47,106 nt of DNA from Candidatus Parcubacteria bacterium (GCA_028286835.1 JAQBQT010000025.1:1-47106); one strand, 5' to 3'; positions 17,672-26,274 are shown, counted from the first letter of the stretch. Made by a program: numbers and translations. Notes: a model not told the origin generated them from the sequence alone.

Positions 17672-19390
17672 ATGCCTGCGTACGCCACCCGCAAACCTCT
17701 GACAGTCGATGAGAAGAACAATCTTTCTTCGCATTCTGACCTTCTTGCACACCTTTTATTTCACCGCGGGATCACTGATTCCGAAGCCGCCGGGAGATTC
17801 CTTGCGCCAGAATATGACCGCGACACTCACGACCCGTTCCTCTTGAAGGATGCAGACAAGGCGGCTGCGCGCATCATCCAGGCCGTCCAGAGCGGCGAGA
17901 AGATCGCCGTGTATGCCGACTATGACGCCGACGGCATCCCTGGCGCCGCGCTTTTCAATGATCTTTTTTCCCGCATAGGCTATACGAATTTCGTCGTGTA
18001 CATTCCGCATCGCCACAACGAGGGCTTCGGCCTCCATGAGGGGGCCATCGATGAGCTCGCCGCTTCAGGCGTGAAGCTCCTCATCACAGTCGACTGCGGG
18101 ATCTCTGACAGGGCCGCGGCCGAGCATGCGCGCGAGAAAGGCATCGAAGTCATCATCACCGATCACCACGAGCCGCCAGGAGAATTGCCGCACGCGGTCG
18201 CAGTCATCGACCCCAAGCAGCCGGGTTGTGTATATCCTGACAAGAATCTCTGCGGCACAGGCGTCGCCTTCAAGCTCATTCAGGCCATCCTCGCCAAGAA
18301 CCGATTCGGCCTCAAGGATGGAATGGAAAAGTGGCTGCTCGATCTCGTGGGCATCGCGACGCTTTCCGACATGGTGCCGCTCACGGGGGAGAACCGCGTC
18401 TTCGCCCACTATGGCATGACCGTCCTCAGGAAAACCCAGCGCCTTGGCCTGAAGAGGCTTTTCACTAAGCTCAAGATCGCGCAGGCGCATCTCACTGAGG
18501 ACGACATCACCTTCATGATCACGCCGCGCATAAACGCAGCGTCTCGCATGGGGGTGCCTATGGATGCATTCCGTCTGCTCGCCGCCCAGGACGAAGCGAC
18601 CGCAAAAGAGTGCGCCGATCATTTGGATGAGATCAATAATGAGCGCAAAGGCGTCGTAGCCGCGCTCGTAAAGGACGTCAAAAAGAAAGTGCGCGAACGC
18701 CACGCCGGTATCATCCCGAGCGTCATCGTGTTGGGCAATCCGGAATGGCGTCCGTCCCTCCTCGGACTTGCTGCCAATTCATGCGCGGAAGAATTCCGTC
18801 GGCCAGTATTTCTCTGGGGACGCGATGGCGAGAATGCGCTCAAGGGATCATGTCGCTCTGAGGGCACGACGAATGTCGTCGAGCTCATGCGCGCGGTCCC
18901 TGCCGGAGTGTTCATGGAATTCGGCGGGCACAAGCACTCGGGCGGATTCAGTGTCGAGAGCGAGGCTGTGCATTTTCTGGAGAAGCATCTGAATGATGCA
19001 GCCGGTGTCGCGAGCGCGGAGAGTGCGAACAGTGCGCCGGACATGGTTGATGCGGAACTGTCGCTCGATGCGATCACGTCGCGCCTCCATGATGACATCG
19101 CCCGCCTTGCGCCCTTCGGCCTCGGCAACCCGAAGCCCCTCTTCGTGTTCAGGAATGTGAAACCCGTTTCTGTGCGGCGATTCGGCAAGGGCAATGATCA
19201 CGTCGAGCTCACGTTCGCGAAGGGGAACGGGTACAAAGTCTCCGCCATTTCTTTTTTCGGAGTGACCGAGGAATGGGCCGCCACGACCGAAGCCGGCATG
19301 AATATCGATCTCATCGCGTCGGTGGAGAAGTCGATGTTCCGCGGCCGGCCGGAATTGCGCCTGCGCGTCGTCGACGTCGTGCGTGCGTAG
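17672..19390 (+). CDS. recJ: ssDNA-specific exonuclease RecJ (start reassigned to 17672)
   Basis: DYDADG, TVDCG, TDHH, LCGTGVAFKL, DMVPL, PRINAASR, FGGH, PFGLGNPKP. Confidence 0.95.
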   Translation: MPAYATRKPLTVDEKNNLSSHSDLLAHLLFHRGITDSEAAGRFLAPEYDRDTHDPFLLKDADKAAARIIQAVQSGEKIAVYADYDADGIPGAALFNDLFSRIGYTNFVVYIPHRHNEGFGLHEGAIDELAASGVKLLITVDCGISDRAAAEHAREKGIEVIITDHHEPPGELPHAVAVIDPKQPGCVYPDKNLCGTGVAFKLIQAILAKNRFGLKDGMEKWLLDLVGIATLSDMVPLTGENRVFAHYGMTVLRKTQRLGLKRLFTKLKIAQAHLTEDDITFMITPRINAASRMGVPMDAFRLLAAQDEATAKECADHLDEINNERKGVVAALVKDVKKKVRERHAGIIPSVIVLGNPEWRPSLLGLAANSCAEEFRRPVFLWGRDGENALKGSCRSEGTTNVVELMRAVPAGVFMEFGGHKHSGGFSVESEAVHFLEKHLNDAAGVASAESANSAPDMVDAELSLDAITSRLHDDIARLAPFGLGNPKPLFVFRNVKPVSVRRFGKGNDHVELTFAKGNGYKVSAISFFGVTEEWAATTEAGMNIDLIASVEKSMFRGRPELRLRVVDVVRA

Positions 19391-19437
19391 GTCCGGTATG
19401 ATTATTTTATCCCGCTTTATTTTTTTATCTTACTTCC

Positions 19438-20175
19438 ATGAAAGAATTCCAGACAACTATTTTCACTGACGGATCGTCGCGCGGGAATCCAGGACCAGGT
19501 GGATGGGGCGCGCTCGTCATCGCTGAGGATACAGTTCCTTGCGTGAAGGAGCTCGGCGGCGGAGAGGCTGACACGACGAACAACCGCATGGAGATCAAGG
19601 CCGCCATCGAAGGCCTCCGGCATTCGGATAAGAATTCAAAAATTATCGTGAACACGGATTCGTCATACCTTATAAATGGCATCACGAAGTGGGTGAAGGG
19701 TTGGAAGCGGAACGGCTGGAAAACGAAAACAAAAGACGAGGTGCTCAATCGCGATCTCTGGGAGGAGCTTCACGACCTAGCCGAGGGTCGCACGATCACG
19801 TGGTCGTATGTCGGAGGTCATGTCGGCGTTCTAGGCAACGAACGATGCGATCATATTGCAACGGCCTTTGCTGATGGCCGCGAATTGAAGCTCTACGACG
19901 GCCCGCTCGCCGGCTATGACCTTCCGAATGTACTCGATGTTTCACGCAATGAAATGAAGGCGGTCACAAAAAAATCCAGCTCGTCCCATTCGCGCGCACC
20001 GGCTCATTCATATGTGAGCTCTGTCGGGGGAGTGATAGAGACTCACCGCACATGGGCTGAATGCGAGAAGCGCGTAAAAGGTGCGCGGGGAGCCAGATAC
20101 AAAAAATCCACGAGTGCAGAAAATGAAGCGAGCATCATCGAAGAGTTCGGGGCGTTCGGAAATGAAATTGGGTAG
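19438..20175 (+). CDS. rnhA: Ribonuclease HI with C-terminal hybrid-binding (viroplasmin-like) domain
   Basis: FTDGSSRGNPGPGGWG, TNNRME, TDSSY, NRDLW, GNERCD; C-terminal TWAECEKRVKG..GARYKK. Confidence 0.93.
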   Translation: MKEFQTTIFTDGSSRGNPGPGGWGALVIAEDTVPCVKELGGGEADTTNNRMEIKAAIEGLRHSDKNSKIIVNTDSSYLINGITKWVKGWKRNGWKTKTKDEVLNRDLWEELHDLAEGRTITWSYVGGHVGVLGNERCDHIATAFADGRELKLYDGPLAGYDLPNVLDVSRNEMKAVTKKSSSSHSRAPAHSYVSSVGGVIETHRTWAECEKRVKGARGARYKKSTSAENEASIIEEFGAFGNEIG

Positions 20176-20184
20176 CGCGTTTAT

Positions 20185-20244
20185 TTTTCTTCACGAAAAA
20201 TTGAATATTTTTTGAAGCGGATTTGAACCGCTTTCGGATAGTAT
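20185..20244 (+). promoter_or_regulatory. comEC upstream box, copy 1 (TTGAA x3 at 11-bp period plus -10)
   Basis: TTGAA at 20201, 20212, 20223; -10 TAGTAT 20239-44; ungapped match to 22193-22252. Confidence 0.7.
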
Positions 20245-20250
20245 GTGCCC

Positions 20251-21627
20251 ATGCGAAAGGGCACATTTATTTTTTGGAGTCTGTTTGTTGCGGCTGCGGC
20301 GGTGCGCATCGGCATGTCGTTCACGAGGTCGCTTCCGGATGCGGGTGCGTGCCTGATGCATGTCGACTTTGGAACGGGCACCGTTGCTGAAGATCCTGAA
20401 CGCAAAGATTCAGGACAGGTATTCGTCGTGGCTGCGGAAAAAATTTTTGTGATGCCGCAGGATCTGTGCGCGCACGATATCCTCATCCGTATCAAGACGA
20501 AGCTCTATCCGCGGTTCGCGTATGGTGATCGCATCGTTTTCACGGGCAAGCTCTTAGCACCAAGGAATTTTTCTAGTGACAGCGGCCGGGTCTTCGACTA
20601 TCAGGGATACCTCGCGAAGGACGACGTGTTCTATGAGATGAAAAGCGCGGTCGCGGTCATGGCTACAAGCTCAGGAAAGTTTTCTCTGCCGTCATCATTG
20701 TTCACTATCAAGCGACGCTTTGTCGCGCACCTCGAGCGCGCGCTTGGTGAGCCGCATGCGGCTCTGGCAGCGGGGCTTGTCGTGGGGGAGAAGAGCGCGC
20801 TCGGCAAAGATCTTCTTGATGACTTCCGCATCGTCGGGCTCATCCATGTCGTCGTCTTGTCCGGTTTCAATATCACCATCGTCGGCATCGCGCTCCGTCG
20901 GCTTTTGTCGCGGCTGCCACGGGTGTGGGGCATCGCAGTGGGCGGCATCGGGATCATGCTCTTCGGCATCCTCGTAGGAGGAGGCGCGACAGTGGTGCGC
21001 TCATGTTTCATGGCAGGCATCGCTCTCGTCGCCGATCTGATCCGCCGCGACTACAGCGTCCATCGGGCGCTCGCGTTCGCGGCCCTCATCATGCTCATCC
21101 AGAATCCCTTCATCCTGCTTCACGATCCTTCTTTCCAGCTCTCATTCCTGGCGACCGTCGGGCTCCTCCTCTTGGCCGGACCTGTCGAGTCCAAGCTCGG
21201 CTGGATCCCGGATGCGTTCGGCATGAGGGGCACTGTCGCTTCGTGCTTGGCAACGCAGATCTTTGTCTCGCCCTTCATTCTCTATATGATGGGGCAGATC
21301 TCTCTTATCGGTATTCTGGTCAACATCATTGTTCTCCCATTCATTCCCGCCACGATGCTTCTCGTGTTCCTCACTGGCGCGCTCGGCTTTGTTTCATATC
21401 CGCTGTCGCTCGCCGCCGGATGGGGAGCGCATCTTCTGCTGCAGTACGAATTATTCACTGTGACCCATTTCGCCAGGCTCCCGTTCGCCGCAATGCACAT
21501 ACCACCCTTCTCGGGGTGGTATGTGGGCGCATTCTATATTTTGTTTTGTGCCGCGTATCTTTTTAGAGGGAAGCCCCGCTCGCTTTTTGAAAATTCTGCT
21601 CGATCACGGACCAGTTCAGATTATTGA
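20251..21627 (+). CDS. comEC: ComEC/Rec2 DNA-uptake channel (OB-like plus Competence domain, no beta-lactamase domain)
   Basis: FDYQGYL, GLIHVVVLSGFNI, VVRSCFMA, NP, SFQLSFLAT; start is GTG 20245 or ATG 20251. Confidence 0.93.
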   Translation: MRKGTFIFWSLFVAAAAVRIGMSFTRSLPDAGACLMHVDFGTGTVAEDPERKDSGQVFVVAAEKIFVMPQDLCAHDILIRIKTKLYPRFAYGDRIVFTGKLLAPRNFSSDSGRVFDYQGYLAKDDVFYEMKSAVAVMATSSGKFSLPSSLFTIKRRFVAHLERALGEPHAALAAGLVVGEKSALGKDLLDDFRIVGLIHVVVLSGFNITIVGIALRRLLSRLPRVWGIAVGGIGIMLFGILVGGGATVVRSCFMAGIALVADLIRRDYSVHRALAFAALIMLIQNPFILLHDPSFQLSFLATVGLLLLAGPVESKLGWIPDAFGMRGTVASCLATQIFVSPFILYMMGQISLIGILVNIIVLPFIPATMLLVFLTGALGFVSYPLSLAAGWGAHLLLQYELFTVTHFARLPFAAMHIPPFSGWYVGAFYILFCAAYLFRGKPRSLFENSARSRTSSDY

Positions 21628-22168
21628 AGAAGTCCTCGATGTAATTCTTCTTGCCGGAAGGCTGGTAGTCTGCGACATACGAATGCTCCCACATATCCAT
21701 GCCGAGGATCATCGTGCAGTTCTGCAGCTGGCCGAGGTGCTGCTCGTCCACCCATGAATTGAGGAGGCGCTTGTCAGCATTGTCATACCAGAGGACCGCC
21801 CAGCCGATGCCGCGCGTGAGGCCGAGCGCTTTGAATTCCATGAGCCACGCATCGAATGAGCCCCATGTTCCGGCGATGAGCTTCCTGAGTTGGCTTGAAT
21901 CGGACAAGGCAGCAGCCCCGCCCTGCAGGGAAGCGAAATACGCTTCATGATTGCGCATGCCGTTGAATTCGAAGCTGAAGCGGCGCATCAGCTCTCCGAG
22001 CGCGTACGCATTTTTTTCGGAGTCCTTCTTGCATTCGTCGATCTTCTCGAAGATAGTATTGGCGTTCTTCACATAGCCCTGATAGAGCTTGAGATGCTCC
22101 TCTATGGTCTTTGCCGAGATGCCCTTGAGGGCGGGGATCGTAAACGTCTGCGCGGTGAATGGTTTCAT
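21563..22168 (-). CDS. Fe/Mn superoxide dismutase family protein
   Basis: EEHLKLYQGYV, NHEAYF, GIGWA, DMWEHSY: all four metal ligands present. Confidence 0.9.
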   Translation of the reverse strand: MKPFTAQTFTIPALKGISAKTIEEHLKLYQGYVKNANTIFEKIDECKKDSEKNAYALGELMRRFSFEFNGMRNHEAYFASLQGGAAALSDSSQLRKLIAGTWGSFDAWLMEFKALGLTRGIGWAVLWYDNADKRLLNSWVDEQHLGQLQNCTMILGMDMWEHSYVADYQPSGKKNYIEDFFNNLNWSVIEQNFQKASGASL

Positions 22169-22192
22169 GGTTGTATTGGTTATGAATTTAAC

Positions 22193-22252
22193 TTTTCTTC
22201 ATGAAGATTTGAATCTTTTTTGAACACGCCTTGAACTGCTATTTATTATACT
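22193..22252 (+). promoter_or_regulatory. comEC upstream box, copy 2
   Basis: TTGAA at 22209, 22220, 22231; -10 TATACT 22247-52, overlapping a minus-strand TATAAT for sod. Confidence 0.7.
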
Positions 22253-22261
22253 CGATTTGTA

Positions 22262-23176
22262 ATGATAAAAGGCGCATCAAAACAAGTCTTCGTACTTGCC
22301 GCCGGAGCAGCTGCTCTGGCCGGGGCGGGAGGCTACGCCTGGTATGAATCGCGCCGTCCGGCTGTCTTTGAGGCATATATCTTCAATACTCCTGGCTCGC
22401 TCTCTGCTTTCATCCGCACGCCAGATGATTCGAGGATCCTTATCGGAGGGGGATCCAATGCGGATATCGTCAGGCGCCTTACCGGCGTTCTACCTTTCTA
22501 CTCCCGCCGCATCGATGCGCTTATCGTCCCCAACACCGATACCAGGAGCGTCACCGGTCTTGCGGAAGTGGTAGGCCGATATGATGTCAGAAAAGTCCTT
22601 ATTCCGAGTTTGACTCTCTTCAGTCTTGGCCTAGTCAGCACACGTGATCCGGCCTACGCCGCTTTTCTGGAAACGGTAGCCGCTCGCCATATTCCCGTTG
22701 AAGAATATTCGGCTGGCACGCATCTTTCATTCGGGACTGTGAATGCGTCAGTTCTATTTCCGATCTCAGAAGATTCATTCAGGTATTCAAAAGCCAGCAG
22801 TCCGGAATTATGCCTGCGCGTATCATATGGAGAGGCGTCACTCCTCTTCATAGGCGCGGCGACTCCCAAGGTTCAGAAGTTTGTCGCAGCCTCCAGTACC
22901 GAAAGCAACGCCCTTATCGTCTCGCAGAGCACTGGTCAAGGAAATATTTCCAGGGAATTATTGGAAGCCGTTCGCCCTGGCTATCTCGTGTATTCCCAGG
23001 CGCTCTCAAAATCCTCTTCGAAGCCGAAGCTCAAATCCGCAGCCAAGACAAATAAAAAAGCGGCGAACAAAAAAGCCGACTCGCTGGCCGGCATTCTTTT
23101 GGATCATCATTTCAATATCAGAGAAAGGGGAGAGGTCAAGATCACCTCGGACGGAACGAGCGTAGAGATTATTTGA
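22262..23176 (+). CDS. Stand-alone ComEC-type metallo-beta-lactamase-fold protein with degenerate active site
   Basis: N-terminal TM; FIRTPD..RILIGGG, LPFYSRRID, GLAEVVGRYDV, LRVSYGEASLLFIG, LLEAVRP, G.V.ITSDG; no HxHxDH. Confidence 0.75.
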   Translation: MIKGASKQVFVLAAGAAALAGAGGYAWYESRRPAVFEAYIFNTPGSLSAFIRTPDDSRILIGGGSNADIVRRLTGVLPFYSRRIDALIVPNTDTRSVTGLAEVVGRYDVRKVLIPSLTLFSLGLVSTRDPAYAAFLETVAARHIPVEEYSAGTHLSFGTVNASVLFPISEDSFRYSKASSPELCLRVSYGEASLLFIGAATPKVQKFVAASSTESNALIVSQSTGQGNISRELLEAVRPGYLVYSQALSKSSSKPKLKSAAKTNKKAANKKADSLAGILLDHHFNIRERGEVKITSDGTSVEII

Positions 23177-23414
23177 TAATGCCTGCTGTGCGAAGGGCGC
23201 TGAAGGCTCCATTCTTCTCGATGGTGCGGAGGCCGCGAGCGGAAACCGTGAGGACGAATGTCTTCTTCAATTCCGGCACGTAGATGCGCTTCTTCTGAAG
23301 GTTCGGATAGCGGCGTATCTTTCCGCATGGGTTGAACTGGGTAGCACGCGTGCGGTTGGAGTACCGTCCGCCGTTCATTGAGCCCCTCTTTGTTATGTCG
23401 CAGACTTTAGCCAT
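23169..23414 (-). CDS. rpmB: 50S ribosomal protein L28
   Basis: MAKVCDIT, RRYPNLQKKRI, VSARGLRTI. Confidence 0.93.
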   Translation of the reverse strand: MAKVCDITKRGSMNGGRYSNRTRATQFNPCGKIRRYPNLQKKRIYVPELKKTFVLTVSARGLRTIEKNGAFSALRTAGIIK

Positions 23415-23477
23415 AAATATAGTTAGAATCGTATGCTATCATAGGCTTATTCCAAGTTCAAGCCTCATCCGCACGCC

Positions 23478-24083
23478 ATGCTCACCATTCTTTCCATAGC
23501 CATCCTCATAGTCTCGGTCATCCTCCATGAAGTCTCACATGGCTATATGGCTGATTTCCTAGGCGATCCGACGGCCAGGCTTTCGGGAAGGCTCACTCTG
23601 AATCCTATAAAACACATAGATCCCATGGGCTCCATTATCGTGCCCTTCATCACCTCTCTGGCAGGTTTCACCTTCGGCTGGGCCAAGCCTGTTCCATATA
23701 ATCCATATAACCTGAAGAACAAGCGGACGGGCGAGTTTCTCATTGCCGCAGCCGGCCCGGCTTCCAATCTGCTCATCGCCCTCATATTCGGCACCGTCCT
23801 CCGTTTCACTGTCACCGATGCAGCGTCCATCACACCGTTCATCACCATCGTTTCATATATAGTCATCATCAATATCGTCCTCGCCGTCTTCAATCTTATC
23901 CCTCTCCCGCCGCTCGATGGCTCCAAGCTCCTATTCTCGATCCTGCCTGCGCAGTACGGCCGTGTCAGATATTTCCTGGAATCATACGAGTCTATCTTTG
24001 CCCTCATTGTGGTTATCTTCCTCTGGCAGTTCGTTTCACCTGTCGTTCCTTATATATTCCAGCTTTTTACGGGCCTGAGGTAG
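23478..24083 (+). CDS. Site-2 protease (M50 family)
   Basis: HEVSH, GRLTLNPIKHIDP, GWAKPVP, AGPASN, FNLIPLPPLDG. Confidence 0.94.
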   Translation: MLTILSIAILIVSVILHEVSHGYMADFLGDPTARLSGRLTLNPIKHIDPMGSIIVPFITSLAGFTFGWAKPVPYNPYNLKNKRTGEFLIAAAGPASNLLIALIFGTVLRFTVTDAASITPFITIVSYIVIINIVLAVFNLIPLPPLDGSKLLFSILPAQYGRVRYFLESYESIFALIVVIFLWQFVSPVVPYIFQLFTGLR

Positions 24084-24138
24084 TTATTCACCGGGGTTCT
24101 TTACATTTTGGTTCGTCTGCACTATTCTTTACCACCGT

Positions 24139-24363
24139 ATGCGCGTTATGTTCTTTGTCGGGGCCATGGCGGTTGTTCAGACATACCTGACCTGTCTCAT
24201 CCTTGAGAACTTTTGGGGTTTAATGCACTCTCAGGTTGAGATTGGTCAGCTACCGAACAAAGTATCGGCTGAACAGCTGGCACTGTTAGGTCATAGTCGC
24301 GCCGAGTCAGCGTACGTATATTGGTATCCGTACGACTGGCTCGACGAACCGGCTATTTATTGA
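24139..24363 (+). CDS. Small hypothetical protein
   Basis: 74-aa ORF with hydrophobic N-terminus; -10-like TATTCT upstream and strong terminator downstream. Confidence 0.4.
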   Translation: MRVMFFVGAMAVVQTYLTCLILENFWGLMHSQVEIGQLPNKVSAEQLALLGHSRAESAYVYWYPYDWLDEPAIY

Positions 24364-24416
24364 TGGTTTGTGGGGAACTTAAATAAAAGTCCATTTGGGT
24401 TTATTGCATAAAATGC

Positions 24417-24453
24417 GCCGCAGTATCCAGGAAAAGGATTCTGCGGCTTTTTT
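24417..24453 (+). terminator. Intrinsic terminator
   Basis: GCCGCAGTATCC...GGATTCTGCGGC followed by TTTTTT. Confidence 0.75.
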
Positions 24454-24456
24454 ATT

Positions 24457-24485
24457 AAAACACCCACTTGTGTTAAAAGTGGGTG
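24457..24485 (-). terminator. Intrinsic terminator for the 24518-25024 gene
   Basis: CACCCACTT/AAGTGGGTG stem with a T-tract on the minus strand. Confidence 0.65.
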
Positions 24486-24517
24486 GGCAAAAGAAATCAA
24501 CCGTGATTCGATAAGGG

Positions 24518-25024
24518 CTATGCTAAGCCGGCTCTCTCTAGAATAATACTCGCGTATGGGCTAAGTACATTAGGGTGAGTATAGACGTAAGTCGTTTGAT
24601 ACATTTTTGGGTTTTCAATGTGATTCACCGTAAGGGAAAGCTGGGTCTTCATTCCTTCCAGCATATCAATAAGACTTTTAGAGAAGCTTTTTTTATTTAA
24701 ATCCAAACAAAAATCAAAACAATCAGAATTTTCTCTTAGGTCAAGTCCTAAAGGCCTTAGTTTGTTCCACAGGATACCCCTCAGAGTCAGTATTTCCTCT
24801 TTGTTTAATTCTCTGTGAAAATTATAAAGGATATATTTGTATATCCATGAATGAGGGCACTCGGCTACTAGTTCAAACCTACAGAAGGCATCCGGATCAT
24901 TTTCCCGATGTTCCAAATACAGAGATACGATTTGATAGGTGATTTTGTTGGGAAACATCGCAGGAAGTTCCAGGGGGAGCCGTTTAATCCCGCATTTGAA
25001 TGCGGTTGATCTTTTAGTTTTCAT
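24518..25024 (-). CDS. Hypothetical protein, AT-rich
   Basis: 168-aa ORF with own terminator; composition unlike core genes. Confidence 0.6.
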   Translation of the reverse strand: MKTKRSTAFKCGIKRLPLELPAMFPNKITYQIVSLYLEHRENDPDAFCRFELVAECPHSWIYKYILYNFHRELNKEEILTLRGILWNKLRPLGLDLRENSDCFDFCLDLNKKSFSKSLIDMLEGMKTQLSLTVNHIENPKMYQTTYVYTHPNVLSPYASIILERAGLA

Positions 25025-25114
25025 TATGTTAACGAGTATCCATAGACTTCCAGCGTTATGCTAGAAGTGGTCGATATCATATCGATCCTTTTGGATATTC
25101 TAGGGCCTAGATTA

Positions 25115-25135
25115 GACTTAAGTATGACTTAAGTC
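25115..25135. repeat. Tandem palindromic operator-like site
   Basis: GACTTAAGT-AT-GACTTAAGTC: two self-complementary ACTTAAGT cores 11 bp apart. Confidence 0.55.
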
Positions 25136-25155
25136 AATTAGTGCGATTCAAAACT

Positions 25156-25303
25156 TGGACAGGGCAATTTAGGTATGATAAGGTACTGCCACGGCCCACA
25201 GGGGCAAAAATTACATTATCAGGCAAGAATGAGTAATCATTCAGGTCCGCTCGGACCGAAAATGGTGAAAACAGTCAGTCTTGCGGCCAATTAAGCATTA
25301 CAA
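25156..25303 (+). promoter_or_regulatory. rpsL promoter and structured leader
   Basis: TGGACA-N17-TAAGGT with extended TG; hairpins GAATGA-GTAA-TCATTC and GGTCC-GCTC-GGACC inside GCAAGA/TCTTGC. Confidence 0.45.
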
Positions 25304-25726
25304 ATGCCTACAATCAACCAGCTTACAAAATCATCAAGGAAGCGCTTCAAGAGGAAGTCAAAGTCCATCGCCCTCACGCGCACCTTCAATTCGATCGCGA
25401 ACCGACCGATCTTCTTTCCGGCTCCGTTCAAGCGCGGCGTATGCGTCAAAGTGACGACGAAGACCCCGAAGAAGCCGAACTCAGCCATCCGCAAGATCGC
25501 TCGTGTCCGCCTCACCAACGGCCTTGAAGTCACAGCATATGTTCCAGGCATGGGTCACAACCTCCAGGAACACTCAGTGGTCCTCCTCCGCGGCGGCCGC
25601 GTCAAAGACGTAGGTCTCCGCTATTCAGTCGTGCGCGGCGTTTTGGACTGCGCAGGCGTCGAAGCTCGCAGAAAAGGTCGCAGCCAATACGGTAACAAGC
25701 GTCCGAAGGCCGCTAAGACCGCCTAA
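25304..25726 (+). CDS. rpsL: 30S ribosomal protein S12
   Basis: [29 protein letters not shown]. Confidence 0.99.
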   Translation: MPTINQLTKSSRKRFKRKSKSIALTRTFNSIANRPIFFPAPFKRGVCVKVTTKTPKKPNSAIRKIARVRLTNGLEVTAYVPGMGHNLQEHSVVLLRGGRVKDVGLRYSVVRGVLDCAGVEARRKGRSQYGNKRPKAAKTA

Positions 25727-25750
25727 CTCAGGTAATTTTCATCTACTACT

Positions 25751-26221
25751 ATGCGACGCAAACTCAACATCAAAAGGGAATTGAAGCCTGACGCGAACTA
25801 CGATTCGCTCAAGCTCGCCAAATTTACGAACTACGTCATGGAATCCGGCAAGAAGACGACGGCCCGTGCCATCGTTGCCGACTGTATGACTGCTATCAAG
25901 GAGAAGGCCAAAGTTGAAAATCCGATGGAAGTCTTCGAGACAGCCCTCAAGAACACGTCGCCTGCCATGGAAGTCCGCTCACGCCGCGTTGGCGGTGCCA
26001 ACTACCAGGTTCCACGCGAAGTCCGCCCGGAGCGCAAGAATGCCATGTCCATGAAGTGGATCATCGAGGCAGCCCGCGCCAAGAAGGGAGCTCCTATGCA
26101 CCTCAAGCTCGCCGACGAGATCATCGCCGCCTCCAAGAATGAAGGCGAAGCAGTGAAGAAGCGCGAGAATGTCCACAAGATGGCCGAAGCCAACAAGGCT
26201 TTCGCTCACTTTGCCTGGTAG
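25751..26221 (+). CDS. rpsG: 30S ribosomal protein S7
   Basis: [28 protein letters not shown]. Confidence 0.99.
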   Translation: MRRKLNIKRELKPDANYDSLKLAKFTNYVMESGKKTTARAIVADCMTAIKEKAKVENPMEVFETALKNTSPAMEVRSRRVGGANYQVPREVRPERKNAMSMKWIIEAARAKKGAPMHLKLADEIIAASKNEGEAVKKRENVHKMAEANKAFAHFAW

Positions 26222-26245
26222 CCTCCGCCGAGGATCCTATAGCAG

Positions 26246-26274
26246 AAAACCGACCCTTATCTGGGCCGGTTTTT
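26246..26274. terminator. Bidirectional terminator after rpsG
   Basis: AAAACCGACCC...GGGCCGGTTTT. Confidence 0.65.

Noticed and set aside
25195-25285. Resemblance of the rpsL leader to a c-di-GMP-I riboswitch (CACAGGGGCAAA) or hammerhead (stem then GAAA)
   Set aside because: The GACGCAAAGCC-type core and the CUGAnGA core are both absent.
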